A DNA stretch of 64,000 nt from Thermoplasmatota archaeon (GTDB lineage: Archaea; Thermoplasmatota; Penumbrarchaeia; Penumbrarchaeales; EX4484-36): assembly GCA_029932465.1 (NCBI GenBank), contig JAOZQA010000002.1, positions 18,992 through 82,991 on the forward strand. Direction: 5' to 3'. Of the stretch, positions 45,819 to 55,030 are shown piece by piece. The notes under the pieces were generated by a model that had not been told where the DNA came from, ran no database searches, and was given only the letters and a program-made list of their open reading frames with translations. The first letter of the stretch is position 1. Each line of letters begins with the position of its first letter. A program made the translations under genes and the position numbers.

Positions 45819-45900
45819 AACATCAACCTCCTTTTAAGAACGTTAGGCTAGCCTAAGTTGGGGGATATATATTCCTTTGCACGAATTGAAGGAGAAAAGT

Positions 45901-47085
45901 TTAGGGAGATGTCAGCTGGCTGTGTCTCTCAGCAATCTTCTCGGCTAGTTCGTCGACAGCCTTTAAGTCTTCCTCCCGGGGAAGACCCTTTACCATGATC
46001 TCTCCCAATATTTCCACCTTTAGGGCCTTCAGGTTTTCCTTTATTACATCCGGGGCCCTGCCCCCCCACCCGTAGGAGCCCATCATGGCGAAATACCTCA
46101 CCTTGGGCCTTAGTGCACCCGTCAGATATGCAGCGGCTACGGCGTGAGGGTGGGGTCCTGTCAAAACAGTGGGTGTGGCTAGAACAACCGTGGCAGCATC
46201 TACAAGGTCCATAGCGTATTCTCCCAAGTCCATCTTCATGATGTCGTGGTATTTGACCTCCACACCCTTCTCCATAAGACCCTTCACCAGGCGCTCCGCA
46301 AGAACCTTCGTGCTTCCGTGCATTGAGACGTAGACCACAATCGCCAGGTTCTTGACTTCATCGGATGTCCACTGGCGGTAGCTCTCAAGTATAACCTCAG
46401 GCCTGTCGTGCACCGGTCCGTGGCTGGGTGCAATCATCTTAATTTCAAGCCCCTCAAAACGCTTCAGGTGTCTTATAATGTGATTCCCGAAGGGCATCAT
46501 GATCTCCGCATAATACCTTTTGGCGCTCAGTGGGGTCCTCTTGTCCCCGCTGGCGTAGAGGGAAGACGTAGCGAGATGTGAGCCGAAGAGGTCGCAGGTG
46601 AACAGGATTCCTCTCTCCTTGAGGTATGTCACCATGGTCTCGGGCCAGTGGACCCAAGGTGTCAGGAGGAACTTCAGGGTGAGCCCTCCCAGGTCTAGGG
46701 TGTGGCCGTCACCCACAACCATGAATCTCTCCTCTGGGATGTGCAGGTGGGTCTGAAGAAAACCCTTGCACTTCTCGTTGGTGACCACCTGTGCTTCGGG
46801 ATACCTCTTGAGGACCTCCGGTATGGCCCCGGAATGGTCCTGCTCGGCGTGGTGACTGATGACGTAGTCTATTCTGTCCACGCCTAGGGATTCAAGGTCC
46901 CTGAAAAGCTCGTCTTTAAGCCGTGGATCCACCGTGTCCAGCAACGCTGTCTTATCCCTACCCCGGACAATATAGGCGTTGTATGATGTACCCTCGGGAA
47001 GGGGTATGAGCTCGTCAAAGTATCTTCTGTGCCAATCAACTGCGCTTAAAGAGTACACGCCCTTTCCAAGCTCTCTCAGAACCAT
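45901..47085 (-). CDS. fprA: Flavodiiron protein FprA (metallo-beta-lactamase plus flavodoxin domains)
   Basis: 'ISHHAEQDHSGA' diiron site; C-terminal flavodoxin 'LAIVVYVSMHGSTKVLAE'; start set at ATG 47085 (the ORF track begins at TTG 47103). Confidence 0.8.
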   Translation of the reverse strand: MVLRELGKGVYSLSAVDWHRRYFDELIPLPEGTSYNAYIVRGRDKTALLDTVDPRLKDELFRDLESLGVDRIDYVISHHAEQDHSGAIPEVLKRYPEAQVVTNEKCKGFLQTHLHIPEERFMVVGDGHTLDLGGLTLKFLLTPWVHWPETMVTYLKERGILFTCDLFGSHLATSSLYASGDKRTPLSAKRYYAEIMMPFGNHIIRHLKRFEGLEIKMIAPSHGPVHDRPEVILESYRQWTSDEVKNLAIVVYVSMHGSTKVLAERLVKGLMEKGVEVKYHDIMKMDLGEYAMDLVDAATVVLATPTVLTGPHPHAVAAAYLTGALRPKVRYFAMMGSYGWGGRAPDVIKENLKALKVEILGEIMVKGLPREEDLKAVDELAEKIAERHSQLTSP

Positions 47086-47086
47086 T

Positions 47087-47245
47087 TCACTCCACCTTCT
47101 CAAACATATCCTTTCCAGCGCCGCAGATGGGACATACCCAATCTGACGGGAGCTCCTCGAAGGGTGTCCCGGGCTCTATTCCGCTGTCTTGGTCCCCCAC
47201 CTCGGGGTCGTATATGTACCCACATATTTTACACAAATATTTCAT
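47087..47245 (-). CDS. Rubredoxin (52 aa), not in ORF track
   Basis: GGAGG RBS; translation [52 protein letters not shown] with both 'CxxCG' knuckles; ends 1 nt before the fprA ATG. Confidence 0.8.
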   Translation of the reverse strand: MKYLCKICGYIYDPEVGDQDSGIEPGTPFEELPSDWVCPICGAGKDMFEKVE

Positions 47246-47369
47246 CTGTTCGCCTCCGCTTAGGGACCTTTAGCCCCGCGCCGTGATTGAAAACCACGCT
47301 TAAACATTTTCCCCCTAAATTGTACCCCCTATCGATCACATTTTTTATTATGGTCCCCATTTGAAGGCA

Positions 47370-48086
47370 ATGAACGAGGCGGTAATTAAATTCAGCGGTC
47401 TGAAGGAGGGACGTTTCCTAGAACGCCCCAACAGGTTTACCGCCGTGGTTGATATCCCCGGGGAGGGAGCGGTGAAGGCGCACCTTCACGATCCAGGAAG
47501 ACTCGAAGAGATACTTACACGGGGAAGAAAGGTTCTCCTCAAAAGCGCTGTCGGGAGGGGCAGGAAGACCCAATATGACGTAATAGCCGGGGAGGCAGCA
47601 GGGAGCTGGGTCTTCATCCACTCCGGATATCACAGAAGGATATCCAAATGGATCATCCAAAAGGAGGTAGTGGAGGAACTGGGTAAGGTAGAGGAGCTGA
47701 AGGATGAGGTGCGCTGGGGCAGAAGCAGGATGGATCACCTTCTCAAAAACAGCAGGGGGGAGGTGGTTCTTATAGAGGTGAAGGGCTGCACCCTGACAAG
47801 GGATGGCGTAGCCCTCTTTCCTGACGCCCCGACAGAGAGAGGAAGGAGGCACCTTGAGGAACTGATTAGGGCCGAAGAGAAGGGGATGAGGGCTGCTGTT
47901 ATCTTTCTGGTGTTTCGTCAGGACTCCAGATGCTTTCTCCCCAACGGGGAGACGGACCCCGCTTTCGAGGAGGTGTTCTTTCGAGCTCTCTCGAGGGGGG
48001 TTGAAATCTACCCCCTTCTTTTCTCCTTCAACGGAGAGGAGGTTCTCTACCTGAGGAGACTACCTCTATGCTCTGAGACAAAATAA
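47370..48086 (+). CDS. sfsA: SfsA (sugar fermentation stimulation protein A) family nuclease-like protein
   Basis: 'FLERPNRFTAVVDIPGEGAVKAHLHDPGRLEEIL' typical SfsA N-terminus; TATA-like TTTTTATTA at 47342-47350 suggests a leaderless ATG at 47370. Confidence 0.7.
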   Translation: MNEAVIKFSGLKEGRFLERPNRFTAVVDIPGEGAVKAHLHDPGRLEEILTRGRKVLLKSAVGRGRKTQYDVIAGEAAGSWVFIHSGYHRRISKWIIQKEVVEELGKVEELKDEVRWGRSRMDHLLKNSRGEVVLIEVKGCTLTRDGVALFPDAPTERGRRHLEELIRAEEKGMRAAVIFLVFRQDSRCFLPNGETDPAFEEVFFRALSRGVEIYPLLFSFNGEEVLYLRRLPLCSETK

Positions 48087-48090
48087 TGCT

Positions 48091-49227
48091 CTAGCCCATC
48101 TGGATGGCGGCCTCCCTGAACTCACCCCTTTCAAAACGGTGCGGATCGTAGAAGTCCAGGGGGGCAGATGTCCCGCCTTCCACTATTAGTTCCGCCAGAG
48201 ATTTAGTGGCCATGGGGGACATCATAAACCCATGTCCGCTGAAACCTGAAATTATGTAATATCCGGGGGCGACCTCGCCTATCACGGGGTTCTTATCCGG
48301 TGTAGTAGCGTAGAAGCCTGCCCACTGCCTCACTATGTGAACATATTTGAGGGCGGGGATGAGCCACGTGAAATGTCTGCTCACCTCAATAGCGTACTCC
48401 AAGGTGGGATTCATATCGAAGGTGGGTCCTTCTGCCAGAGCCACACCGCCAATGACACCCCCGTCGGCGATGTCTTGGGTGAGGTAGGCTCCCCCATGTT
48501 TGAAGGACACCACCATAGGGTTTATCTGGCCCCTCTCCAATGCCTCGGTCTTTATGGCCTGGTGTTTGTAGGGCTCAACGTGAGAGGGGACAGCTACCAT
48601 CCTGTCTATAAGCTTCGACCAGCCACCAGCAGCGTTGATCAGGATGTCCGCTTCGAATTCCCCCCGGGGAGTCTTAACAACTCTCTTTCCCCCTCTTTCC
48701 ACTATTCCTTCCACAGGGCTGTACTCGTGTATTTTGACCCCCATCTTTAGAGAGGCCTTCTTATATCCCTGAAGGACAAGGAAGGGGTTGGCCTTGCCGT
48801 CTTCCGGGTTGTAGGCTGCCCCCAGAACGTCCTCGATATTGAGGGGGGGCACGATCTCTTTGGCCTCCTCGGGGGAGATTATCCTGGATGGGACAGAGAG
48901 GGAGTTCTGAAGGCTGACGTTCCTCCGGAAGCTCTCCATCTCCTCCTCTGTGTGCAGAAGGAACATGTAGCCGGTCTGCCTGTACTCCGTCGGGTGCCCA
49001 AGCTCCTCCTCCAGGGCCTTCCACATCTTTATGCTCTCCCTCATCATCCAGATGTTCGTCTCATCCCCAAAGGACTCTCTGATTCCCGTTCCCGTCCTGA
49101 ATGTTGCTCCGTAGCCGGCAAACCTCCTTTCAAGAACGGTGACGTTCTCTGCTCCAAGTCGGGCCAGGTGGTAGGCCGTGGCAAGGCCCATTATCCCCCC
49201 TCCCACTATCACAACCCTCTCCTTCAT
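48091..49227 (-). CDS. FAD-dependent oxidoreductase, sarcosine oxidase beta / L-proline dehydrogenase beta-like
   Basis: 'MKERVVIVGGGIMGLATAYHLA' dinucleotide fold (DAO family); the ORF-track N-terminal extension is a read-through artefact. Confidence 0.7.
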   Translation of the reverse strand: MKERVVIVGGGIMGLATAYHLARLGAENVTVLERRFAGYGATFRTGTGIRESFGDETNIWMMRESIKMWKALEEELGHPTEYRQTGYMFLLHTEEEMESFRRNVSLQNSLSVPSRIISPEEAKEIVPPLNIEDVLGAAYNPEDGKANPFLVLQGYKKASLKMGVKIHEYSPVEGIVERGGKRVVKTPRGEFEADILINAAGGWSKLIDRMVAVPSHVEPYKHQAIKTEALERGQINPMVVSFKHGGAYLTQDIADGGVIGGVALAEGPTFDMNPTLEYAIEVSRHFTWLIPALKYVHIVRQWAGFYATTPDKNPVIGEVAPGYYIISGFSGHGFMMSPMATKSLAELIVEGGTSAPLDFYDPHRFERGEFREAAIQMG

Positions 49228-49502
49228 TCTTCCACCTCCTCTCCAGCAAACACCCCCATCCTCACCGGCTTTACCGGGTGGCGGGAGGTGGGGGACGGAA
49301 TCTCCTCCATAGGCTTCCCGGTCCTTCTTGCGATAATGGACTGGACCAGCGGTATGCAGGTCCTGCCCTGACAGGGCCCCATGCCGATCCTTGTAAGCCT
49401 CTTTATGACCTCTATGTCCGTTATGCCCTCCTCGATGAGCGCCACAATCTCCTCTTCGGTGACATCGTTGCACCTGCAGATGATCACAGGTTCCTCACTC
49501 AT
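49224..49502 (-). CDS. BFD-like [2Fe-2S]-binding small subunit
   Basis: 92 aa; 'ICRCNDVTEEEIVALIEEG...GMGPCQGRTC' Fer2_BFD pattern; ATGA overlap with the beta subunit. Confidence 0.55.
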   Translation of the reverse strand: MSEEPVIICRCNDVTEEEIVALIEEGITDIEVIKRLTRIGMGPCQGRTCIPLVQSIIARRTGKPMEEIPSPTSRHPVKPVRMGVFAGEEVEE

Positions 49503-49998
49503 CGCCCATCACCTCCACAGCCCTGACCACCATCGCAAGCTCCTCTGCCATCTCAACGGTCAGAACCGCCGTGTCTCCTCTGCTCCTCTCCCTGGTCATC
49601 ACCATAACCACAACCCCCTCTCCCACCACCTCCCCTTTTCTGTCCAGCAGTCGTACCCTCTCCCCGCGCCGGGGAAGCGGAAGATATTCATAGGGCATGG
49701 TCACCCGCGCCTTCCCCTCTTTCAGATGCACCATAAAGAAGGCGAGTCCAGGGCAGATCTGTACACAAAGAGAGCATCCTATGCATTTGGAGTAGTCCAC
49801 CCTCGGGGGGTCATTCACCCTCTCCATGGTTATAGCCCCGGTAGGGCAGATCTCCCTACACGGAGTGCAGGGTATCTCCTGGGGGCACTCGGGTATGGCT
49901 ACAGGTCCCTCCATGAGCCGCTCCCTACCGGGGAGAGGATGGACCCCATCAAGCTCCTCAAGCGTAATGTATCCCCTGCTCATCCATTCCTCGCTCAT
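49495..49998 (-). CDS. 4Fe-4S ferredoxin-type subunit of the oxidoreductase complex
   Basis: 'CPQEIPCTPCREICPTGAI' and 'CIGCSLCVQICPG' cluster motifs. Confidence 0.55.
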   Translation of the reverse strand: MSEEWMSRGYITLEELDGVHPLPGRERLMEGPVAIPECPQEIPCTPCREICPTGAITMERVNDPPRVDYSKCIGCSLCVQICPGLAFFMVHLKEGKARVTMPYEYLPLPRRGERVRLLDRKGEVVGEGVVVMVMTRERSRGDTAVLTVEMAEELAMVVRAVEVMGDE

Positions 49999-51485
49999 AT
50001 GAGCACCCTCTCGATTCCCTTCTTCACTTCTCTTCCAATGGGTCCGTCGCGGAACTCTTCTAGCTCCGCTCTTGCTCTCTCAAGCCTCTCCTGCCACTTC
50101 TCATCCCCGTGCCCCAAGTAAAAGCCCGCAGAGATGCCCGCTATCGTTCCTTCAAGCATGGCGGTGGTGGCCTCCTCAATCCCGGAGGCGTCCCCAGCCA
50201 CGTAAATCCCCTCTACGGTAGTCTGCATGTTCCTGTCCCTCAAAGGTACAAGCCCCGCAAGCTCCCTGACGAACCTCATTGAGCAACCCGCCTGCTGAAG
50301 GAGCTCCACGGATGGTCGCAGGCCCACAGAGAGAGCCACTACATCCACATCATAGGTTTTCTCCGTCCCCTCAATCACGTTCCACCTCTCGTCAAGCTCT
50401 GCCACAGTGGCTTGCTCCACCCTTCCCGAACCCGCGGCCCGAACAATGGTATGGCGAGTGAGAATAGGTACTCCTTGTCTTCTTATCTTCGCCGCATGTA
50501 CGAAGTAACCCCCTACTCGGGGAAGAGCCTCCACCACGGCGGGGACCTTCACTCCCGCCTGCATGAGCTGATAGGCGAGGATGAGACCCACATTTCCTGC
50601 CCCCACAATGAGAACCCTCTCCCCGGGAAGGATGCCGTAGGTGTTCATTAGGGTCTGAACAGCTCCCGCTCCGTAGACCCCGGGAAGGTCTGCCCCGGGG
50701 AAGGGCAGATACCTCTCCATGGCACCCGTGGCTACCAGAACCGCCCTGGCGGTGAAGCGGTGCAGATACCTCTCCGCCTCCACGGCGTCCACCACCTTCT
50801 CCTCCCCCGAGGGAAAGAGCCCTACGGCAGAGGTCCTACTGAAGATTTCTATCCCCCTGCGGCGGACCTCCTCAATGAGCATCTCGGCTATCTTTATCCC
50901 TCTCACACCAGCGTGGAGCTGTCTTTTTCCGAAGAATTTATGGGTCTGTTTCACCAGCTGTCCGCCCAACATAGGGGCCTCATCAAGAACAGTCACCCTC
51001 GCCCCCATATCCGCGGCATGTATGGCAGCCTGAAGCCCCGCCGGGCCCCCGCCTATAACAAGAAGGTCCGTTCTGTGAGTTTCCGGTTCCATGAACTTTT
51101 TGGGGGGAGGGACGTTATCCGCCAGACGGGGGTTGCCCTCGGATGCCTCAACCCTCATGCCCTCCTTCACAGGTATTATGCACGTCCTGACGTTGGGTAT
51201 CCCGTCCACTGTGAGGAGGCAGGAGGAGCATTTTCCTATGGCACAGAAAAGTCCCCGGGGTCTGTGGAACTTCTGGCTCTTTGAAAGGTCTCTTATCCCT
51301 GCGGCGTAGAGGGCCATGGCAATGGTCTCTCCCTCCCGGGCCTCCACCTCCTGGCCGTTGAAAAAAAACTTCACCCTCCTGCCCCGCTGAAAGGTGAGAA
51401 TGGGATGGCGTTCAATTCTCATAGGCACACCGTGGGGGGAATACTGAACATGTGATTTTAATCTTTTCAGAACACCACCGCCCAC
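49995..51485 (-). CDS. FAD/NAD(P)-binding oxidoreductase alpha-like subunit (sarcosine oxidase alpha / PDH1 alpha-like) with N-terminal 2Fe-2S-type domain
   Basis: N-terminal 'CAIGKCSSCLLTVDG...RTC' then 'LLVIGGGPAGLQAAIHAA' and a second Rossmann 'VLIVGAGNVGLILA'; start may be ATG 51422. Confidence 0.7.
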   Translation of the reverse strand: MGGGVLKRLKSHVQYSPHGVPMRIERHPILTFQRGRRVKFFFNGQEVEAREGETIAMALYAAGIRDLSKSQKFHRPRGLFCAIGKCSSCLLTVDGIPNVRTCIIPVKEGMRVEASEGNPRLADNVPPPKKFMEPETHRTDLLVIGGGPAGLQAAIHAADMGARVTVLDEAPMLGGQLVKQTHKFFGKRQLHAGVRGIKIAEMLIEEVRRRGIEIFSRTSAVGLFPSGEEKVVDAVEAERYLHRFTARAVLVATGAMERYLPFPGADLPGVYGAGAVQTLMNTYGILPGERVLIVGAGNVGLILAYQLMQAGVKVPAVVEALPRVGGYFVHAAKIRRQGVPILTRHTIVRAAGSGRVEQATVAELDERWNVIEGTEKTYDVDVVALSVGLRPSVELLQQAGCSMRFVRELAGLVPLRDRNMQTTVEGIYVAGDASGIEEATTAMLEGTIAGISAGFYLGHGDEKWQERLERARAELEEFRDGPIGREVKKGIERVLI

Positions 51486-51530
51486 CCCCTCAAAAAACCT
51501 TTAAATATCCCAGTGAGGGTTTGAAGAGCC

Positions 51531-52673
51531 GTGCGCAGAACGGCAGTTGCAGAGTTACCCCTCCACCCGGGAAGGGCACCGCCGTGGCTCTTCCGCAGGA
51601 TGGTAGATCTCTCAAGGGAGATATTTAGAGTGCTCTCTGATGAGTTCTCTCCAGAGGAGGTGCTCCTCAGGCTCTCCGATCCATTCTGGTTCCAGGCCCT
51701 CTCCATGCTTCTCGGCTTCGACTGGCACTCCTCCGGGACCACCACAGTTACGTGCGGGGCTCTTGCGGAGGCGCTCACCATGGAGGAACACGGAGTGGCC
51801 GTCCTTGGAGGGAAGGGGGGGAGGTCAAGGAAGGTACCTGAACAGATAGAAGCCCTAATTGAGAGGGGTCTGCTTGATGCTAGCCCCGAGGAGCTCAAGA
51901 GGGCTAGCAGGCTCACCGCCAAGGTGGACACAGCGGCGGTTCAGGACGGCTATAGGCTCTACCACCACACCTTCTTCGTGGACGATAAGGGCCACTGGGC
52001 AGTGGTCCAGCAGGGAATGAATGAGGCTAAGAGGATGGCCAGAAGGTACCACTGGATCTCCCAGAAGCTCAGAGACTTCACCACTGAACCCCACACCGCC
52101 ATACTGGGGGACGGGAGGCAGGTTTGGGTACTGAATCTCACCGCTAGGGAGTCTGCCGCCCACAAAAAAGTGCTACTGGACCTCATAAGAGAGGGGCCGA
52201 AGGAGGTGAGAGAGGGAGAGGTACTTATAAGAAGGCTCCAAAACCTCTCCCGGGGAGGCCAGAGCACACTGGAGTTCTTCGAGGAGGGCCTCAAGCCAAC
52301 GCTGAACCCCCTACCCCCCTTTTACCTCTCAATGCCCTTCCACATAGACTGGGAGGCTGTGAAGAGGCTCTATGAGAAGCAACCCGAGAAACTAGACGAT
52401 GTGCTGGAAGAGAAGGGGGTGGGACCATCCCTCCTGAGGTCCTTATCTCTGACCGCTCAGCTGATATACGGTGAACCCCCCTCATGGAGGGACCCTATAA
52501 AGTACTCCTTCGCTGTGGGCGGGAAGGACGGCGTTCCCTATCCTGTAGACCGCAGGACGTACGACAGAACGATAAGTGCCTTGAGAAGAGCGGTTGAGGA
52601 GGCTAGGGTCGGAAGAAAGGAGAAGCTGGCGGCCCTTCGCAGGTTGGCGGAGTTCGAGAGGGGGAAAAGTTAA
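51531..52673 (+). CDS. DUF763-family protein (conserved archaeal hypothetical)
   Basis: 380 aa; N-terminal 'LPLHPGRAPPWLFRRM' recalled as characteristic of DUF763; no catalytic motif recognised. Confidence 0.45.
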   Translation: MRRTAVAELPLHPGRAPPWLFRRMVDLSREIFRVLSDEFSPEEVLLRLSDPFWFQALSMLLGFDWHSSGTTTVTCGALAEALTMEEHGVAVLGGKGGRSRKVPEQIEALIERGLLDASPEELKRASRLTAKVDTAAVQDGYRLYHHTFFVDDKGHWAVVQQGMNEAKRMARRYHWISQKLRDFTTEPHTAILGDGRQVWVLNLTARESAAHKKVLLDLIREGPKEVREGEVLIRRLQNLSRGGQSTLEFFEEGLKPTLNPLPPFYLSMPFHIDWEAVKRLYEKQPEKLDDVLEEKGVGPSLLRSLSLTAQLIYGEPPSWRDPIKYSFAVGGKDGVPYPVDRRTYDRTISALRRAVEEARVGRKEKLAALRRLAEFERGKS

Positions 52674-52702
52674 TCAGTCAGACCGGGAATACCTCCCCCG
52701 GG

Positions 52703-53182
52703 GTGAGACAAGTGGAGGAGATGCCGCTTAAGATCCTTATAGTCGCTGTCGTTCTCTCCTCGACCCTGCCTTACATCGCAGATGCCCTAAGAGGCTACTC
52801 CGAGGAGAGCACCCTCTCCTACCTTGAGGGAGAACTCAACCAGTTCATCACTGCCGCCCAGACTGTCTATAGGGTTGGTGTGGGAAGCGTAAGAGTTGTC
52901 ACGTTAAGCGTAAGGTCCCCGGGGGTGGTGAGCGTTGAGAGAATAGCCATAGGGGGAGACTTTGAAGAGGAGAGAAAATACCTCCCCGTCATCAGGGTCA
53001 AGCTGGTGGGAGAGCCAGAGAAGTTCCTTGTAACGGAGCCTAATGTTCCCATGACAACCTCTGAGGGCGGATTCTCACCCCTTAATCTTCAGGAGGGAGA
53101 GTGGAAGATAAGGTTGGAACATAAAGTGGCCGTGGTGAGGGGGGTCAGCATGCATTATGTGGACCTCACCCTCCTCTCCTAG
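52703..53182 (+). CDS. Hypothetical protein with N-terminal hydrophobic segment (possible pilin-/archaellum-accessory-like)
   Basis: 159 aa; 'MPLKILIVAVVLSSTLPYIA' then a beta-rich domain. Confidence 0.35.
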   Translation: MRQVEEMPLKILIVAVVLSSTLPYIADALRGYSEESTLSYLEGELNQFITAAQTVYRVGVGSVRVVTLSVRSPGVVSVERIAIGGDFEEERKYLPVIRVKLVGEPEKFLVTEPNVPMTTSEGGFSPLNLQEGEWKIRLEHKVAVVRGVSMHYVDLTLLS

Positions 53183-54239
53183 CAGGAACCGCTATCTCCT
53201 CCTCTCCCCTCTCCTCTATCACATCCATGCTATCCAGGTTTATTACCCAATAATCGTGGAAATAGCCATGCAATATCATCTTCCCCGTGAACCTAATTAT
53301 GTCCCCGATGTGGAAGGGGCGGGGGCGGGAGAAGACGGCGAAATCCCTAAAAGGTACTCTAATCCAGAGCTTTCTGGTCTTTTTATATGATCCCTTTTTC
53401 CTAGCTGGACGCACCAGAGTGTCATAGATCAGCATTTTGAAGTGGCTCTCTTTCCCTCTCTCTATCGGGTAGACCTCCGAAATCTTACCAATAACCTCAA
53501 CCCTTTTGTCCTTGAACTCCCCGAACATCCTATCCAGGTTCTCTCTCCACTGGGGGTAAAGATCGCTGAAATATGATTGCATGTAATCGCACTTCTCTCC
53601 CTTGTCAAAGCACATCTTCATCATGTCCTCCAGGCGCATCTTCTTCTTTCTATGAGGACACTCCTCTGGAGGAGCTATGCATTTGTTATTCCAAAGGAGC
53701 CTTTTGAGAACTCTTATCCACTCCTCATCGTAATTCTTCTCATAGGCCATTCGGATAATATCCCCATCATCCACCGCCCCCTTCATTATGGAGTCCTTCA
53801 CGTGCTCATAGTAGGGCATGACCTCAGGAGGAACGTAGTGTTTCCTCTCGACCCTCTTCACAACCCTCTCTGGCTCCTCCGGCCTCCTCCTCTCTACCAC
53901 CCTTTCAGGTGCCCTCTCTTGAGGAGGCTTCTCAGCCTTCTTCTCAACAGCTTCAGGCTTCCTCTTTATCTCCCCCTCCCCTACCAGCTTTCGCTTTAGC
54001 TCCTCGGTGAGCTCCTTTTTCGGGAGGATGTCCAGGGCGTAGAGGAGCCTCACCCGAAAGTTCTGAAGGTATTCGGGATCCGGATGGGAGAGGAGAAAAA
54101 CCCCACCCTTTCTGGTGGAGCGGTACTGTACCACACCTCCCATCTTCTGGAATTCAGCGTTTAGGTTTCTTATGTCCTCCCGCATGACGTTCTTTTTGAG
54201 GACCTCTGCTGGGACCTTAAAACTGTTCTTTCTTTTCAT
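53166..54239 (-). CDS. Lys/Arg-rich hypothetical protein with C4 zinc-finger-like cluster
   Basis: 357 aa; 'C-x7-C-x15-C-x7-C' ('CIAPPEECPH...MCFDKGEKCDY'); highly basic middle; lower GC than neighbours. Confidence 0.45.
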   Translation of the reverse strand: MKRKNSFKVPAEVLKKNVMREDIRNLNAEFQKMGGVVQYRSTRKGGVFLLSHPDPEYLQNFRVRLLYALDILPKKELTEELKRKLVGEGEIKRKPEAVEKKAEKPPQERAPERVVERRRPEEPERVVKRVERKHYVPPEVMPYYEHVKDSIMKGAVDDGDIIRMAYEKNYDEEWIRVLKRLLWNNKCIAPPEECPHRKKKMRLEDMMKMCFDKGEKCDYMQSYFSDLYPQWRENLDRMFGEFKDKRVEVIGKISEVYPIERGKESHFKMLIYDTLVRPARKKGSYKKTRKLWIRVPFRDFAVFSRPRPFHIGDIIRFTGKMILHGYFHDYWVINLDSMDVIEERGEEEIAVPARRGG

Positions 54240-54873
54240 ACAGAACCCTCAAGAGCTCATTTATCTGTTTCTATTTAATGGTTTCCCCGCCAGTGACACT
54301 GGAGGGACCCATCAACACATCGGTTCAATACTCAAGTTGTATAAAAAGGTTTACCACCCATTGACGGAAGAATGGGCCTATTCTCCACAGAATTTCATAA
54401 TATAGTGACGTTATTTCAATTTATGTTCGAGGTCACGGAATGGAGCTGCACACGCAACAGAATGGTTTGTATAGTAAGTTTGAAAATGTGCTTCTATCAC
54501 CATCTCTTCTGGGCCTGGGCAGAATCGGCCTTGAGGTCGTGGTTTTTGTACTTGGGACTCGGCATATAAGTAGATCTTCGCAAAGAAATTGCTTTTTATA
54601 ATTAATTTTTCAATAAGAGCTACACGTTTACAATACTGGATAGGGGTTTAGGACGAGTTTTTTATTTGGAACGTTCTACCTCTGTGAATTTTGAAAAAAT
54701 ATGTTGTCATTCTATCCAACTTATCTTCTACAATTTTATTTAACACCCAGTAAATCGAAATGACCGCAAGAAACCGAATATCTGTAAAACTCTGAATTGT
54801 AAATAGGAGGTGCATGCACTCGAGGGGGGCTCAAATTCCCTCGTCATTAGGCTCTAACATAATAATAAACATA

Positions 54874-54982
54874 GGCGCAGAGGGGGGGATTTGAACCCCC
54901 GAGGAGCAGAAGCTCCACGAGCTTTCTGGACGAGCCAGGATGTTCTCCAGGCTCGCGCCTTACCGGGCTTAGCTACCTCTGC
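54874..54982 (-). tRNA. tRNA-Ser (anticodon GGA inferred), class II with long variable arm and a ~21-nt intron in the anticodon loop
   Basis: 7-bp acceptor stem GCAGAGG/CCTCTGC, discriminator G, T-arm GGGGG-TTCAAAT-CCCCC, variable stem-loop GGAGC-TTCT-GCTCC, anticodon stem CGAGC/GCTCG enclosing 'CTGGAG' plus an insert whose 'TCCAG' can pair with the loop (BHB-like). Confidence 0.7.
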
Positions 54983-55030
54983 CCATCGGCATTTATATCG
55001 CGGTTTTATTTTAATCTTTCCAGAACAGCT

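Noticed and set aside
48091-49473. N-terminal 82-aa extension of the sarcosine-oxidase-beta-like ORF ('MQRCHRRGDCGAHRGG...')
   Set aside because: Low-complexity read-through overlapping the upstream BFD-like gene. A conserved Rossmann motif begins at the internal ATG (49227), giving a clean ATGA overlap.
51531-55030. Integrated virus/plasmid at tRNA-Ser
   Set aside because: No tyrosine/serine recombinase, no recognisable viral structural genes and no obvious duplicated tRNA 3' segment in the window. Only compositional hints remain, so it is reported as a finding to test, not as a mobile_element feature.
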